From: a bacterium | GTDB lineage: Bacteria > Patescibacteriota > Minisyncoccia > UBA6257 > GWB1-50-10 | Assembly: GCA_021815205.1 (NCBI GenBank) | Contig: JAKAHD010000003.1 | Span: 27,239-91,238 of the forward strand | Direction: 5' to 3' | DNA length: 64,000 nucleotides | Shown here: in pieces, positions 31,185-40,451 of the stretch | Layout: each line of letters opens with the position of its first letter | Position numbering within the stretch: the stretch's first letter is position 1 | Notes under the pieces: generated by a model | The model's input: the letters and a program-made list of their open reading frames with translations, nothing else | Told to the model about the DNA's origin: nothing | Databases searched by the model: none | Translations under genes and position numbers: made by a program

Positions 31185-32450
31185 CTATTGTCCCTTCGGG
31201 CGTTCGGCGAGTGTGACGGGGATCGTAAGCTCCTGGTTCCCCCGCCGCACCTTGAGGGTCACCGTATCCCCTACATTGTACTGATTCACGAGGTTCTGGA
31301 GAGGATGATCCGCGTTAATCGCCGTACCGTTTACCTCAAGAATGATGTCCTCCGCCTGGAGCCCCGCTTTTGCGGCGGGCGAGCCGGGCACGATCGCGGG
31401 GCCCGCCTCGGAACCGCGGAGCAGAGCGCCGCGACTGACTGGAAGATGCTGGGCTTTCGCGAAATCGGAGGTGATTATCGTGTAGCGCACCCCGAGATAC
31501 GGCGTTGTGATTACGCCGGTCGTTTCGACGGAATGGATATCCCGCTTCGCCTCATTGATCGGGATTGCAAACCCGATGTTCTGCGCGCCCGAGACGATCG
31601 CGGTATTAATGCCGATCACCTCTCCCTCAAGATTCAAGAGCGGCCCTCCCGAGTTCCCGGGATTGATTGCCGCATCCGTCTGGATCACCCCTTGGATTGT
31701 CTCCGCGCCGAAGCCGGCGCCCGAGGCGGTAATCGTGCGCTGAAGCCCCGAGATCACGCCCACCGAGACCGTGTTCGAAAACTGCCCGAGCGAGTTTCCG
31801 ATCGCGATCGCGGTTTGGCCGAGCTGAAGCCCGTTCGAATCGCCAAGCCGCATCACGGGCAATCCCTCCGCGTTGATCTTCAAGACGGCGAGATCCTGCA
31901 CCGGATCGCGCGCCACAACCTTCGCGGCGTATTTTTTCCCGTCGCTCGTAAGCACAGTGTAGCTTGCGGAGGTATCCGCTACCACATGCTTGTTGGTAAG
32001 TATGAGACCGCTCGATGACACGACAAACCCGGAGCCGCCGCCCACTTGCTGTTCCTGCGTTCCTTTCTGGCACGGCTGGGTGAACTGAAAACCGGAACCG
32101 TTCCCGAAGAAATCCTGGAAGCCCGGCGGAAGGTTCGAGAAGGGATTATAGGGGCACTGCTCGATCACAGGCAGGTCCTTCGTAATCACAATCGAGACGA
32201 CCGAGGGCGATGCCTGTTTCACCGCTTGCACAACCGCTTGTTCGTACGAGTTCGCCGACACATACGACGTGGTCGTGGAGGTTGCGTTTGTATTCGGATT
32301 ACTGCGCTTTGAAGCGGAAGAAGTTCCATTCAAAAAATCCCACACGTCGCTCCACACGCTCGCGTGCGCGAACCCAGAGCTCACGAGCGACCCGAACACT
32401 CCGCCCACAAGGCCGGCGACAATGATTGTAATGAGTAATTTCTTCTGCAT
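31185..32450 (-). CDS. S1C serine protease (HtrA/DegP family) with PDZ domain
   Basis: Signal/TM N-terminus, catalytic GNSGGPL, C-terminal PDZ (GLQAEDIILEVNG). Confidence 0.85.
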   Translation of the reverse strand: MQKKLLITIIVAGLVGGVFGSLVSSGFAHASVWSDVWDFLNGTSSASKRSNPNTNATSTTTSYVSANSYEQAVVQAVKQASPSVVSIVITKDLPVIEQCPYNPFSNLPPGFQDFFGNGSGFQFTQPCQKGTQEQQVGGGSGFVVSSSGLILTNKHVVADTSASYTVLTSDGKKYAAKVVARDPVQDLAVLKINAEGLPVMRLGDSNGLQLGQTAIAIGNSLGQFSNTVSVGVISGLQRTITASGAGFGAETIQGVIQTDAAINPGNSGGPLLNLEGEVIGINTAIVSGAQNIGFAIPINEAKRDIHSVETTGVITTPYLGVRYTIITSDFAKAQHLPVSRGALLRGSEAGPAIVPGSPAAKAGLQAEDIILEVNGTAINADHPLQNLVNQYNVGDTVTLKVRRGNQELTIPVTLAERPKGQ

Positions 32451-32520
32451 AGTTCTTATTACTTCTCTCCTAAAATACTACGTGTTCCCATAAAACACAG
32501 GTGTGTGGTAGTTATATGCC

Positions 32521-32646
32521 ATAGAAGCAGGTTACCTGCCCGAATGACCGTCATTCGGTCGGGCGGGCGCAGAAACGTACGCGGATTCACGCTGACGCGT
32601 TCTGCGTTTATCTGCGTTTTCATCTGCGTGATCCGCTTCTACGATA
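32521..32646. repeat. About 126-bp MITE-like element with TAGAAGCAG terminal inverted repeats (copy 1)
   Basis: About 85% identical to 44287-44410; internal palindrome cgaatgaccgtcattcg; CTGCGTT repeats. Confidence 0.8.
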
Positions 32647-32649
32647 TGT

Positions 32650-33426
32650 TTACTTGATTTCGTACTGTAATGTTACCGTTACGTCCGTTTCCTGGGAGCC
32701 GGGCTCGATCGTGGGAGCCGCGGATTCCATCATCGCGCCCCCTTGTGCTGCGCCCGCAGCTCTCATCGCGTTATAGTACACGGGTACCGAACCGGACTCG
32801 CTGATCGAGAGCAGGCGTCCCACCGAAAATCCCGCGGCCTTGGCGATTTCCTGCGCTTGGGCTTGGGCCTTCTTGATCGCATCCGCACGCGCCGCTTCTT
32901 TCACCTTCGTCGGGTCATCAATCGTGAACTGAAGCTGGGACACGGAATTCGCGCCCTGTTTCACAATACCTGAAAGGAGACCGCCAATCTTCGTGAAATC
33001 GCGGATTGTTACGTCCACATTCTGCGTCACGGTGTACCCCACGATTACGGGCGGAGGACAGACGGCCGTCGCATACATGCCGCAATCCGAATACTGGTAT
33101 CTCGGGCTTATCGTATACCCGCTCGTCTTCACATCCTTCGCGTCCACTCCTTCCGACTTCAGGAAGTCAATCGCCTTATTCATACTCGCGGTATTCATCT
33201 CCTGAAGCGACGCGAGGTCTTTCCCTCCCTGCGTCACCACACTGAAGGTGAATCTCGCGATGTCCGGAACCGCGATCGTCTTTCCTTGCGCCGTCACCGA
33301 GAAACTCCGGTATGACGAGGGTTGAATCGAACTTGAATACGCATTCACATACGTGAGCGCCGCGTAGGCGCCGACGAGGAGCGCAATCGTAAGCGCGAAA
33401 TGCACATACTGCTTTGTTTTTTCCAT
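32650..33426 (-). CDS. SIMPL-domain (DUF541) periplasmic protein
   Basis: TM anchor then DUF541/SIMPL-like sequence pattern (…GYTVTQNVDVTIRD…). Confidence 0.6.
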   Translation of the reverse strand: MEKTKQYVHFALTIALLVGAYAALTYVNAYSSSIQPSSYRSFSVTAQGKTIAVPDIARFTFSVVTQGGKDLASLQEMNTASMNKAIDFLKSEGVDAKDVKTSGYTISPRYQYSDCGMYATAVCPPPVIVGYTVTQNVDVTIRDFTKIGGLLSGIVKQGANSVSQLQFTIDDPTKVKEAARADAIKKAQAQAQEIAKAAGFSVGRLLSISESGSVPVYYNAMRAAGAAQGGAMMESAAPTIEPGSQETDVTVTLQYEIK

Positions 33427-33575
33427 ATATTTTTTATGTTTCCTTCGACAAGATATAGTATAGCATAAAAACGACGGAATTTTAAATTTCAAGTTCTACG
33501 TTTTAAATTAATTTTAATTTTTTCAATTTTAAAATTCGCTCATTCAATTAAAATCTGAAATTTAGAATTTAAAAT

Positions 33576-35183
33576 TTATTCAAGTATTTTCTTCATCCTC
33601 TTCACCGCCTCCCTTATTTCCGCTTTCGTGGTATAGATCCCGAAACTGAAACGGACGCTTCCCCGCACGCGCTCCGAAGGGAGATGAAGCGCCTCTAACA
33701 CATGAGACGGGGCATACGATCTTGCACTACACGCGGAGCCGGAAGATGCCGCAATTCCCGCCATATCCATCTTCGTGAGCAGATCTCCCGCAAACTCCGT
33801 CGGAAAATAGACGTTCAGGATATGCGGCGCCGTATCGCTTCTTCCTTTATTCCTCCTTCCTGATTCCTGATTCCCGTTTATCGATGCCGGCGGATACACC
33901 TTCTTCAATGCTCTCCAAAAGTAATCTCTGATCTCCGTCACCCTCTTCACGTTTCTTGCGCGCTCCTTTTCCGCAAGGCGCGCCGCCTCACCGAACCCCG
34001 CGATCGCGGGCACGTTTTCCGTGCCTGAACGAAGGCCGAACTCCTGGCCGCCCCCCGTCACGAGCGGCTGCACCGCCCGCAAATCCGAATTTCGAAATCC
34101 GAAATCCGAAACCACGCTCTTCCCATTATTCTGAGTTCGCCTACCGGCGAACGAAGAATCTCCACGTAGAGATCCTTCACTCCACTCAGGATGACGTACT
34201 ACTCTCGAATTTCGTACATAGAGTGCTCCCGTTCCCTTCGGGCCGTAGATCTTCTGCGAGGAGAGCGTCATAAGGTCGACGCCGAGCTTTGCCGTATCAC
34301 AATTGAAATACTCGAATGCCTGCGCGGCATCAACGTGGAACAACGGATACGTTGTTCCAAAATCCGAATTTCGAAATCCGAAATCCGAAATACCGTTTCG
34401 TGCTTTTAATTTCGTGCTTCGAATTTGTTTCGAATTTCGTGCTTCGAATTTCGTATTTTGATAGTTGCGGATAATATCCGCAATTTGAGCGATGGGTTGT
34501 ATGGAACCAATCTCGTTATTCACGTACATCACCGACACAAGCACGGTGCGTTCATCGAGCGATGATTCGAGTTTCTTCATGTCCACAATTCCCTTCTTAT
34601 CGACGGGGAGCACCGCAATTTCCACTCCTTCTCTCTCGAGCGAGTACGCGGTGTCGAGCACGGATTCGTGTTCGATCGCCGAAACAATTATTTTAGGACG
34701 CTGATTTACGCTGATTGCTAGCTGATGACCGCTGATTTTATTTTTTATACCAGAGATCCTCCGCCTCGCGTGTTTTTCAAGGAATATCTCGGAGCTCTCA
34801 CGAGCTTGGTCTCCGAAGGAACCATGAGAGCGAGAGCGCATGACGTCTTCCGCCGCTGGAGCGGAAGAACGGCCGGTTCCGCGAGAAGCAAAAAGAGCGC
34901 TTCTCGCCACCCCGCGGAGCGCAAGGTTGTTCGCCTCGGTCGCGCCCGAGGTAAAGATCACCTCGCGGAACCTCCCGTTAATCGCCTTCGCGATCGTCTC
35001 CCGCGCCTTGTCCACTGCGCTCATCGCCTTTTGCCCGAAGGAATGCAAAGAACCAGGATTCCCGAAGTTGTCGGAAAAATACGGGAGCATTATTTTTCTC
35101 GCCTCGCTCCGCACCGGAGTCGAAGCGGCGTAGTCCAAATAAATCCTTCTCATTAAGATTGAATAACGGTAATGAGGCGGCAA
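33576..35183 (-). CDS. Cysteine desulfurase (NifS/IscS family) carrying four in-frame low-complexity insertions (true start may be 35153)
   Basis: YLDYAASTP, FTSGATEANN, PLP-lysine region SSQKIYGPKG, GGGQE-GLRSGTENV, C-terminal active-site SSGSACS; 535 aa vs about 385 typical; inserts map onto DNA repeat elements. Confidence 0.8.
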   Translation of the reverse strand: MPPHYRYSILMRRIYLDYAASTPVRSEARKIMLPYFSDNFGNPGSLHSFGQKAMSAVDKARETIAKAINGRFREVIFTSGATEANNLALRGVARSALFASRGTGRSSAPAAEDVMRSRSHGSFGDQARESSEIFLEKHARRRISGIKNKISGHQLAISVNQRPKIIVSAIEHESVLDTAYSLEREGVEIAVLPVDKKGIVDMKKLESSLDERTVLVSVMYVNNEIGSIQPIAQIADIIRNYQNTKFEARNSKQIRSTKLKARNGISDFGFRNSDFGTTYPLFHVDAAQAFEYFNCDTAKLGVDLMTLSSQKIYGPKGTGALYVRNSRVVRHPEWSEGSLRGDSSFAGRRTQNNGKSVVSDFGFRNSDLRAVQPLVTGGGQEFGLRSGTENVPAIAGFGEAARLAEKERARNVKRVTEIRDYFWRALKKVYPPASINGNQESGRRNKGRSDTAPHILNVYFPTEFAGDLLTKMDMAGIAASSGSACSARSYAPSHVLEALHLPSERVRGSVRFSFGIYTTKAEIREAVKRMKKILE

Positions 35184-35271
35184 CTAAGTAGCAATTAAGT
35201 AGAAATTTATTGTACGAAATACGGACAACTTGATTTCCGTTCATTACCACCTCATTACTATTAATTATCGC

Positions 35272-35751
35272 CTACTCTTTTGAGACCTCCTTATCCAAAA
35301 AGTTATTGAACGCGGGGAGCCGCAAGATCCACAGGACCGCCGTCATACCCACCGCGGAGACCACGGCGAAACTCAAGAGCCCGATGCCGCACAAAACCCC
35401 GATCGCCGCAACGAACCACACGGTCGCCGCGGTTGTGAGCCCTTTCACGTGGACACCGTGCTTCACAATAATGCCGGCGCCCAAGAACCCGACGCCCACC
35501 ACCACATTCGCAATGGCGCCAAGAAATCCGCTATTCCGCGCGATCACCTCGGCGAGATTGTCGGGAGAGAGCGCCACGATATAAGGAAGGGTGATGCCTA
35601 CAATCGAGAAGATCGCGGCGCCCGCGGAGACCATCATGTCCGTGCGAAGCCCCGCCTCCTTTCCCGCGAACTGCCGCTCGGCGCCCACCACGAGCCCCAA
35701 GAGCGCGGCGAGCCCCAAACGAAGCATCATTTCACCTAAGGTTAACATAGG
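35272..35751 (-). CDS. MgtC/SapB family membrane protein
   Basis: LRLGLAALLGLVVGAERQ N-terminal MgtC signature. Confidence 0.75.
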   Translation of the reverse strand, partial: PMLTLGEMMLRLGLAALLGLVVGAERQFAGKEAGLRTDMMVSAGAAIFSIVGITLPYIVALSPDNLAEVIARNSGFLGAIANVVVGVGFLGAGIIVKHGVHVKGLTTAATVWFVAAIGVLCGIGLLSFAVVSAVGMTAVLWILRLPAFNNFLDKEVSKE

Positions 35752-35847
35752 TTTATTATAAATTTTAATTCTAAATTTCAAATTTTAAATCAATTTAAAA
35801 ATTTTAAAATTTAAACATTACGTTATTGAATAAAAATTTAAAATTCG

Positions 35848-36495
35848 TCATTTATATTTCGGGTGTTCTTCCTTCGCCTTGAGCAGGTAGTTTGCGTACC
35901 GCGCGAGCGCGAAGAGCATGCTTGAGAGACGATTCAGAAACTGGAGGAACTCGGGGGAAAGCTTCGCGCGTTTCCCAAAAACGATCGCGGAGCGCTCGGC
36001 GCGGCGCGCGATTGCGCGCGCGATATCGAGCTTCGCGGAGAGTTCGCTTCCTCCCGGAAGCACGAAGTTCCGGAGCGTGGGGAGCAGAGCATCAATCTTC
36101 TGGATCATGTGTTCAAGTCGCGCGGTCTTTGCCTCGGTGATACGCGGAATTTCTTTCACGGAATAGGTAAACCCAATCGAGGCGATCTCCGCCTGCGCGA
36201 TGAAGAGGTCTTCTTGCAGATCCTCGAGCGACCGCAGAACGAGCGCGCCCGACCCGTTAGGAATCTCGTCTCCTCCAGATGACCCAAGCGGCTTCCGGGG
36301 CGGGCTATTTCTAACGGGGCCCGCTTTCTTCTTTATGAAAACCTTTTTCGCCTCGATGCGGCACAGTCCGAACCACGAGTTCAGTTCGTCGAGGTTCCCC
36401 AAGAGCTCAAAAAGTGCATCGTCTTTTTCAAGGCGCTTGTTACCGAAGGAGCTTCTTCCCCCATCCCCTTTTCCGGTAAAAAACTGGGTCTTCAT
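35848..36495 (-). CDS. PduO-type ATP:cob(I)alamin adenosyltransferase family protein
   Basis: TGKGDGG N-terminal motif and LEDLQEDLF helical signature of PduO/MMAB family; contains a low-complexity insert. Confidence 0.6.
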   Translation of the reverse strand: MKTQFFTGKGDGGRSSFGNKRLEKDDALFELLGNLDELNSWFGLCRIEAKKVFIKKKAGPVRNSPPRKPLGSSGGDEIPNGSGALVLRSLEDLQEDLFIAQAEIASIGFTYSVKEIPRITEAKTARLEHMIQKIDALLPTLRNFVLPGGSELSAKLDIARAIARRAERSAIVFGKRAKLSPEFLQFLNRLSSMLFALARYANYLLKAKEEHPKYK

Positions 36496-36525
36496 GGCTT
36501 TTCTTCATTATAGCATGGCATCTCC

Positions 36526-36575
36526 CATCAACTCCCTATCGAAGTTCAACTTCACTATTTCTAGTGAAGTTGAAC
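36526..36575. promoter_or_regulatory. 21-bp perfect inverted repeat (cctatcgaagttcaacttcac ... gtgaagttgaacttcgatagg) in divergent promoter region
   Basis: Read directly; lies between divergently transcribed adenosyltransferase and tmk genes; no T-run, so operator-like rather than terminator. Confidence 0.4.
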
Positions 36576-36696
36576 TTCGATAGGAGAGCGTATGTGTCTT
36601 CTTATTCTGTGTTGCGCGCGCCCTGCTTCTTGTACCTTGTGTTTTTCCCCGCGTTGTTCTTTCATTACTCCATCTGCTATTTTAAAAGTAAGGAGA

Positions 36697-37335
36697 ATGG
36701 AAGTGAAAAAAACACAGATACTTATCGCATTTGAAGGGATAGACGGCGCAGGAAAATATACCGTGCTCTCCTCCGTCCGCGCATGGCTCAAGTCGCTTGG
36801 GTATCGCGTGGAGTGCTCCAGTGAGCCGAATGGAGAATCAAGTCCTTTGGGGAAACATATTAGGGCGATCTTGAAGGGCGAGCTGCCGATGCCCGAACCG
36901 CTCGAGATGCAGCGGCTCTACGTCTTGGACCGCGCGCAGGATATCGCCTGCCTCATCAATCCGTTCCTTAGACAAGGCGGTGTGTATCTCATCGAGCGAT
37001 TCGCGTTTTCGACGATCGCCTACGGCATGTGTGAGGGCATTCCGCTTGAAAAGCTGGTAGCGCTCCACACGGAAGTCATGGGAGACTCCATGCGCTGGCC
37101 AGACCTCACCGTAATTCTTGACCTCTCGGGAAGAGAAGCGGTACAGCGGATCGCGGCGGGGCGCGATCACTTTGAGTATTTCGAAAAAGAAGAGAAGCTT
37201 GAGACGATCAGGCAAAATTACCTCGCAATCGCCGCACATCCGCGATTCAAAGATGCCACGGTAGTAATAGACGGCGCTCCTTCCCCCGAGGAGGTTTTTA
37301 AAAAAACGAAAGAGGCCCTTGTTGCGCGATTCTAA
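36697..37335 (+). CDS. tmk: Thymidylate kinase
   Basis: ILIAFEGIDGAGK P-loop, DR(Y/A) region; AAGGAGA RBS 6 nt upstream of ATG at 36697. Confidence 0.8.
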   Translation: MEVKKTQILIAFEGIDGAGKYTVLSSVRAWLKSLGYRVECSSEPNGESSPLGKHIRAILKGELPMPEPLEMQRLYVLDRAQDIACLINPFLRQGGVYLIERFAFSTIAYGMCEGIPLEKLVALHTEVMGDSMRWPDLTVILDLSGREAVQRIAAGRDHFEYFEKEEKLETIRQNYLAIAAHPRFKDATVVIDGAPSPEEVFKKTKEALVARF

Positions 37336-37433
37336 GGGTGCCCTAAGGGTGTCCAACCTCCTTAGGAGGTTGGACACCCTTAGGCCTTAGGATATCTCAC
37401 CCCCCTGGACACTCCTTCCCGTCTAGGGGATTT

Positions 37434-38093
37434 TTATATACCGCGAAGATATGCGGGGAGCGACTCGACGGAAGGAATAAAGGGAAATATGTGATCCGGC
37501 TTCACGGGAGAAATATGCACGACGGCGAGCCCGAGCCGGTGCGCCGGAAGAATGTCCGTGAGAAGAGAATCTCCCGTCATGAGCGCCTCGGATGGCGCAC
37601 AGCCGAACGCACCGCATACGCGTTCAAATACCTCTCCCGTCCCATCTTTTGGAATTTTCTTCCCGCGCTCCCATCCGACAAAAACGCGGAATATGTTCTT
37701 ATGAACCCCTATTGCATCAAGGACGCGCTCCGCCTGCGGCGTCGGGCTGTCCGTAACTATACCGAGCGCATACCCTTCGTTCCGCAACGTCTCGAGCATC
37801 GCAACGATCGATGGCATTGGCTTCAAAAACTCACTCGGGTCGACGCGTACGATCGCATCATACCAGCGCTCCAACCCGAAATCGCGCCGCGCATCAAGAT
37901 CGGCCGGCGCTCGTCCTTCAAGGAACGCAAGGTGCCGCTCGACGTACTCTTTCGCTCTTTCATACTCGATCCCGAGGTGCCGCGCGAATGCATCCCGCAC
38001 GAGCCATGGAAACCGCCGATAATACACATCGGCCGCGCGCCCCGCAACGAGCGTGTGATCAATGTCGAAAAGAATAAGTTTTGGATGTTGCAC
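37434..38093 (-). CDS. HAD-superfamily hydrolase (start approximate; long ORF 5' extension is the tRNA-His gene)
   Basis: LILFDIDHTLV motif I, later GD--LTDI motif; apparent N-terminal 25 aa are the reverse complement of a tRNA. Confidence 0.55.
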   Translation of the reverse strand: MQHPKLILFDIDHTLVAGRAADVYYRRFPWLVRDAFARHLGIEYERAKEYVERHLAFLEGRAPADLDARRDFGLERWYDAIVRVDPSEFLKPMPSIVAMLETLRNEGYALGIVTDSPTPQAERVLDAIGVHKNIFRVFVGWERGKKIPKDGTGEVFERVCGAFGCAPSEALMTGDSLLTDILPAHRLGLAVVHISPVKPDHIFPFIPSVESLPAYLRGI

Positions 38094-38113
38094 GAAAGAT
38101 GAAACGATTTTTG

Positions 38114-38187
38114 GGTGCTTGATGGGGATTGAACCCACGACCCTCTGCTCCACAGGCAGATGCTCTACCAACTGAGCTACAAGCACC
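38114..38187 (-). tRNA. tRNA-His (GTG) with encoded G-1, no encoded CCA
   Basis: Cloverleaf built by hand: G-1, acceptor GTGCTTG/CAAGCAC, D GCTC/GAGC, anticodon loop CTGTGGA, T-arm GTGGG TTCAATC CCCAT, C73. Confidence 0.8.
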
Positions 38188-38252
38188 ATTCTCTCTTCTT
38201 ATCGCCCTCATTAATGTACAACAGCGATACGCGGCTGTAAAATATGAAACAT

Positions 38253-39050
38253 ATGCAAAAATATACTATTACTCTCCTTAAAAAGGAGGAGGTTGCAACA
38301 GGAACGATGTCCTTTCTTCTCTCCCGCCCCGAAGGGTTCGTATTCAAGGCCGGCCAGCACATTGATCTCACCATCCCGAATCCGCCCGAAAACGACGACG
38401 AGGGGAATGTCCGCACCTTCTCGCTCGCGAGCGCACCAGAGGAAGAAGGGCTTCTCGTCGCGACACGGATGCGCGACACCGCCTTCAAGCGAGTATTGAA
38501 ATCCATGCCGGAGGGAAGCGCGCTCGAGATGGACGGACCCTACGGCAACATGATCCTCCAGTCGAACACCTCACGTCCCGCGGTCTTCCTCGCGGGCGGG
38601 ATCGGCATCACGCCCTTCCGCAGTATGATATTCGAAGCGGCCTTGAAGGGCCTGCCGCATAAGATATTCCTCTTCTACTCCAATAGGAAGATTGAGGACG
38701 CCGCGTTTCTCGCTGAGCTTCGCGCACTCGAGAAAAAGAATGAAAATTACAAACTCATCACGACGCTCACCGCGCCCGAAGCGGCGCAATCCGGAAAGAG
38801 CGACGAGACGGGCTATATCACGGAGGCGATGGTGAGAAAATACATCCCCGACTTCCTCTCTCCCGTTTCCCCCCGCACCGAAAGAGCTGTTCACAACCTA
38901 TCTACAACAAAGGGTGGTAACCCGCTTTCTGGTGTGGGGGTGTATTACCTCGCGGGCCCGCCCGCGATGACGGGCGCGATGCGCGAGATGCTCTCGAGAA
39001 GCGGCGTGAGCGAAGATGATATACGAATGGAAGAATTTTCCGGATACTAA
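38253..39050 (+). CDS. FNR-like FAD/NAD(P)-binding oxidoreductase
   Basis: RTFSLAS (RxYS-type FAD site), VFLAGGIGITPF NAD(P)-binding motif. Confidence 0.6.
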   Translation: MQKYTITLLKKEEVATGTMSFLLSRPEGFVFKAGQHIDLTIPNPPENDDEGNVRTFSLASAPEEEGLLVATRMRDTAFKRVLKSMPEGSALEMDGPYGNMILQSNTSRPAVFLAGGIGITPFRSMIFEAALKGLPHKIFLFYSNRKIEDAAFLAELRALEKKNENYKLITTLTAPEAAQSGKSDETGYITEAMVRKYIPDFLSPVSPRTERAVHNLSTTKGGNPLSGVGVYYLAGPPAMTGAMREMLSRSGVSEDDIRMEEFSGY

Positions 39051-39183
39051 AACTTAGAAGCAGATAACGCCACTGAAACGCGGATACACGCAGAAACATT
39101 TCCGTATCACTCTGCGAGACCGGATGCGCGCATGCGGTGCGTGCGATGTGATATTATTCTAAGATACATTGATTGATCGTGTA

Positions 39184-39303
39184 TTTATCCCGTTAGAAAT
39201 CGCGATTGCGGTTTATGATGGGATATCAACAATAACATCATGAATACAAGTCGCAATAGAATACATACCGCGAATTGCACAATCGCGATCTATTTCTAAC
39301 GGG
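39184..39303. repeat. 120-bp palindromic element with CCCGTTAGAA terminal inverted repeats
   Basis: cccgttagaaatcgcgattgcgg ... ccgcgaattgcacaatcgcgatctatttctaacggg; shorter relative at 49305-49346. Confidence 0.75.
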
Positions 39304-39969
39304 ATGAATACTTTTTTCGATTCCCTTGGCACGCTCGTCGTGCAGTATCCCGCGTGGAGCCACTGGCTTATCGCGCTCGGGATGGCGCTTCAGGGGGAGA
39401 TCACCATCTTCGTCTCGATGTACCTCATTGCGAACCGCTCGCTCGGATGGACGGACTTCCTGATTCCCGCATTCGCTTCCGTGATCATCGTGGACTACTT
39501 CCTGTACCTCCTTGGTCGCGCGCTTCGCACCACGCGATTCGGGTGGAAGTTCTATAAAAAAATAAAGGCGAAGAGGCGCACGCAATGGTACCTCTATTAC
39601 GTGCGAGAGAATCTGAACAAGCTCATTCTCATCTCGAAGTTCCTTTTGGGAGGCAACATTATCATCCTGACCGCGGTCGGTTGGGCAAAAACGAAGTTTG
39701 GAAGATTCGCGCGCGCACACTTCTTGAGCGTGAGCTTGTGGCTCGGATGCATGATCGCGATCATGTATTCGATGGCGTCCGGGCTCTTCTATCTCAAATC
39801 CACGGCCTCTTTGAAGCAGGTTGAGATCGGCATTGGTATTTTCGTGCTCATTATCTTCTTAGGAGAGTACATCCTGAAGCGCGCGCTCGGAAAACGGGTT
39901 GGGTTCGAGGCGATCTCGAAGGATCTTAAGGATGAGGACGAGGAGGAAGAGGAGAGTAGAGAGAATTGA
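39304..39969 (+). CDS. DedA/VTT-domain family membrane protein
   Basis: Multi-TM with VIIVDYFLYLLGRALR DedA-like core; acidic C-terminal tail. Confidence 0.5.
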   Translation: MNTFFDSLGTLVVQYPAWSHWLIALGMALQGEITIFVSMYLIANRSLGWTDFLIPAFASVIIVDYFLYLLGRALRTTRFGWKFYKKIKAKRRTQWYLYYVRENLNKLILISKFLLGGNIIILTAVGWAKTKFGRFARAHFLSVSLWLGCMIAIMYSMASGLFYLKSTASLKQVEIGIGIFVLIIFLGEYILKRALGKRVGFEAISKDLKDEDEEEEESREN

Positions 39970-40023
39970 TTTATAAAAAGTCCCGCTTTTTATAAGTCAA
40001 TTCTCCATTCCTGGCTGGGTTGG

Positions 40024-40356
40024 CTACGAAAACAACTTATCTATCTTTGCCGCAAGAATAAAGTCATTCTCCGAAAGCCCGCCCAAGGCGTGCGTTGAGA
40101 GCTCGAGTTTCACGCGATTATAGAATATGTAAATGTCAGGGTGGTGTCCCTCGCGCTCCGCAAGGTCCGCGACTTTATTGATAAACGCCATCGCTTGCCT
40201 GAAATCCGCGAATTTGAACTCGCGCGAAATCGCGGTGTAATCCGCATTCGGTTTCCATTCGGGAACCTGCGGAAGATACATTGCGGCGCCCTCTTTCCCC
40301 AAGGGAGGAATCCCTCCTTCGCAGGCAACGCACTTCTTTTGAGTAAGGTCTTGCAT
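40024..40356 (-). CDS. Pterin-4a-carbinolamine dehydratase (PCD/DCoH)
   Basis: EREGHHPD motif and length about 110 aa. Confidence 0.8.
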   Translation of the reverse strand: MQDLTQKKCVACEGGIPPLGKEGAAMYLPQVPEWKPNADYTAISREFKFADFRQAMAFINKVADLAEREGHHPDIYIFYNRVKLELSTHALGGLSENDFILAAKIDKLFS

Positions 40357-40451
40357 ATAAAGTAATACGATAAAAATACAATAGTGACACGGTGGAAATA
40401 CAATCGCACAACTGCATCACTATTGTATCACCACCGTATCACTTTCTCTTG

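Noticed and set aside
38094-38189. N-terminal 32 aa of the long HAD-hydrolase ORF (MVLVAQLVEHLPVEQRVVGSIPIKHP)
   Set aside because: This stretch is the reverse-complement translation of tRNA-His; the real CDS must start downstream of the tRNA
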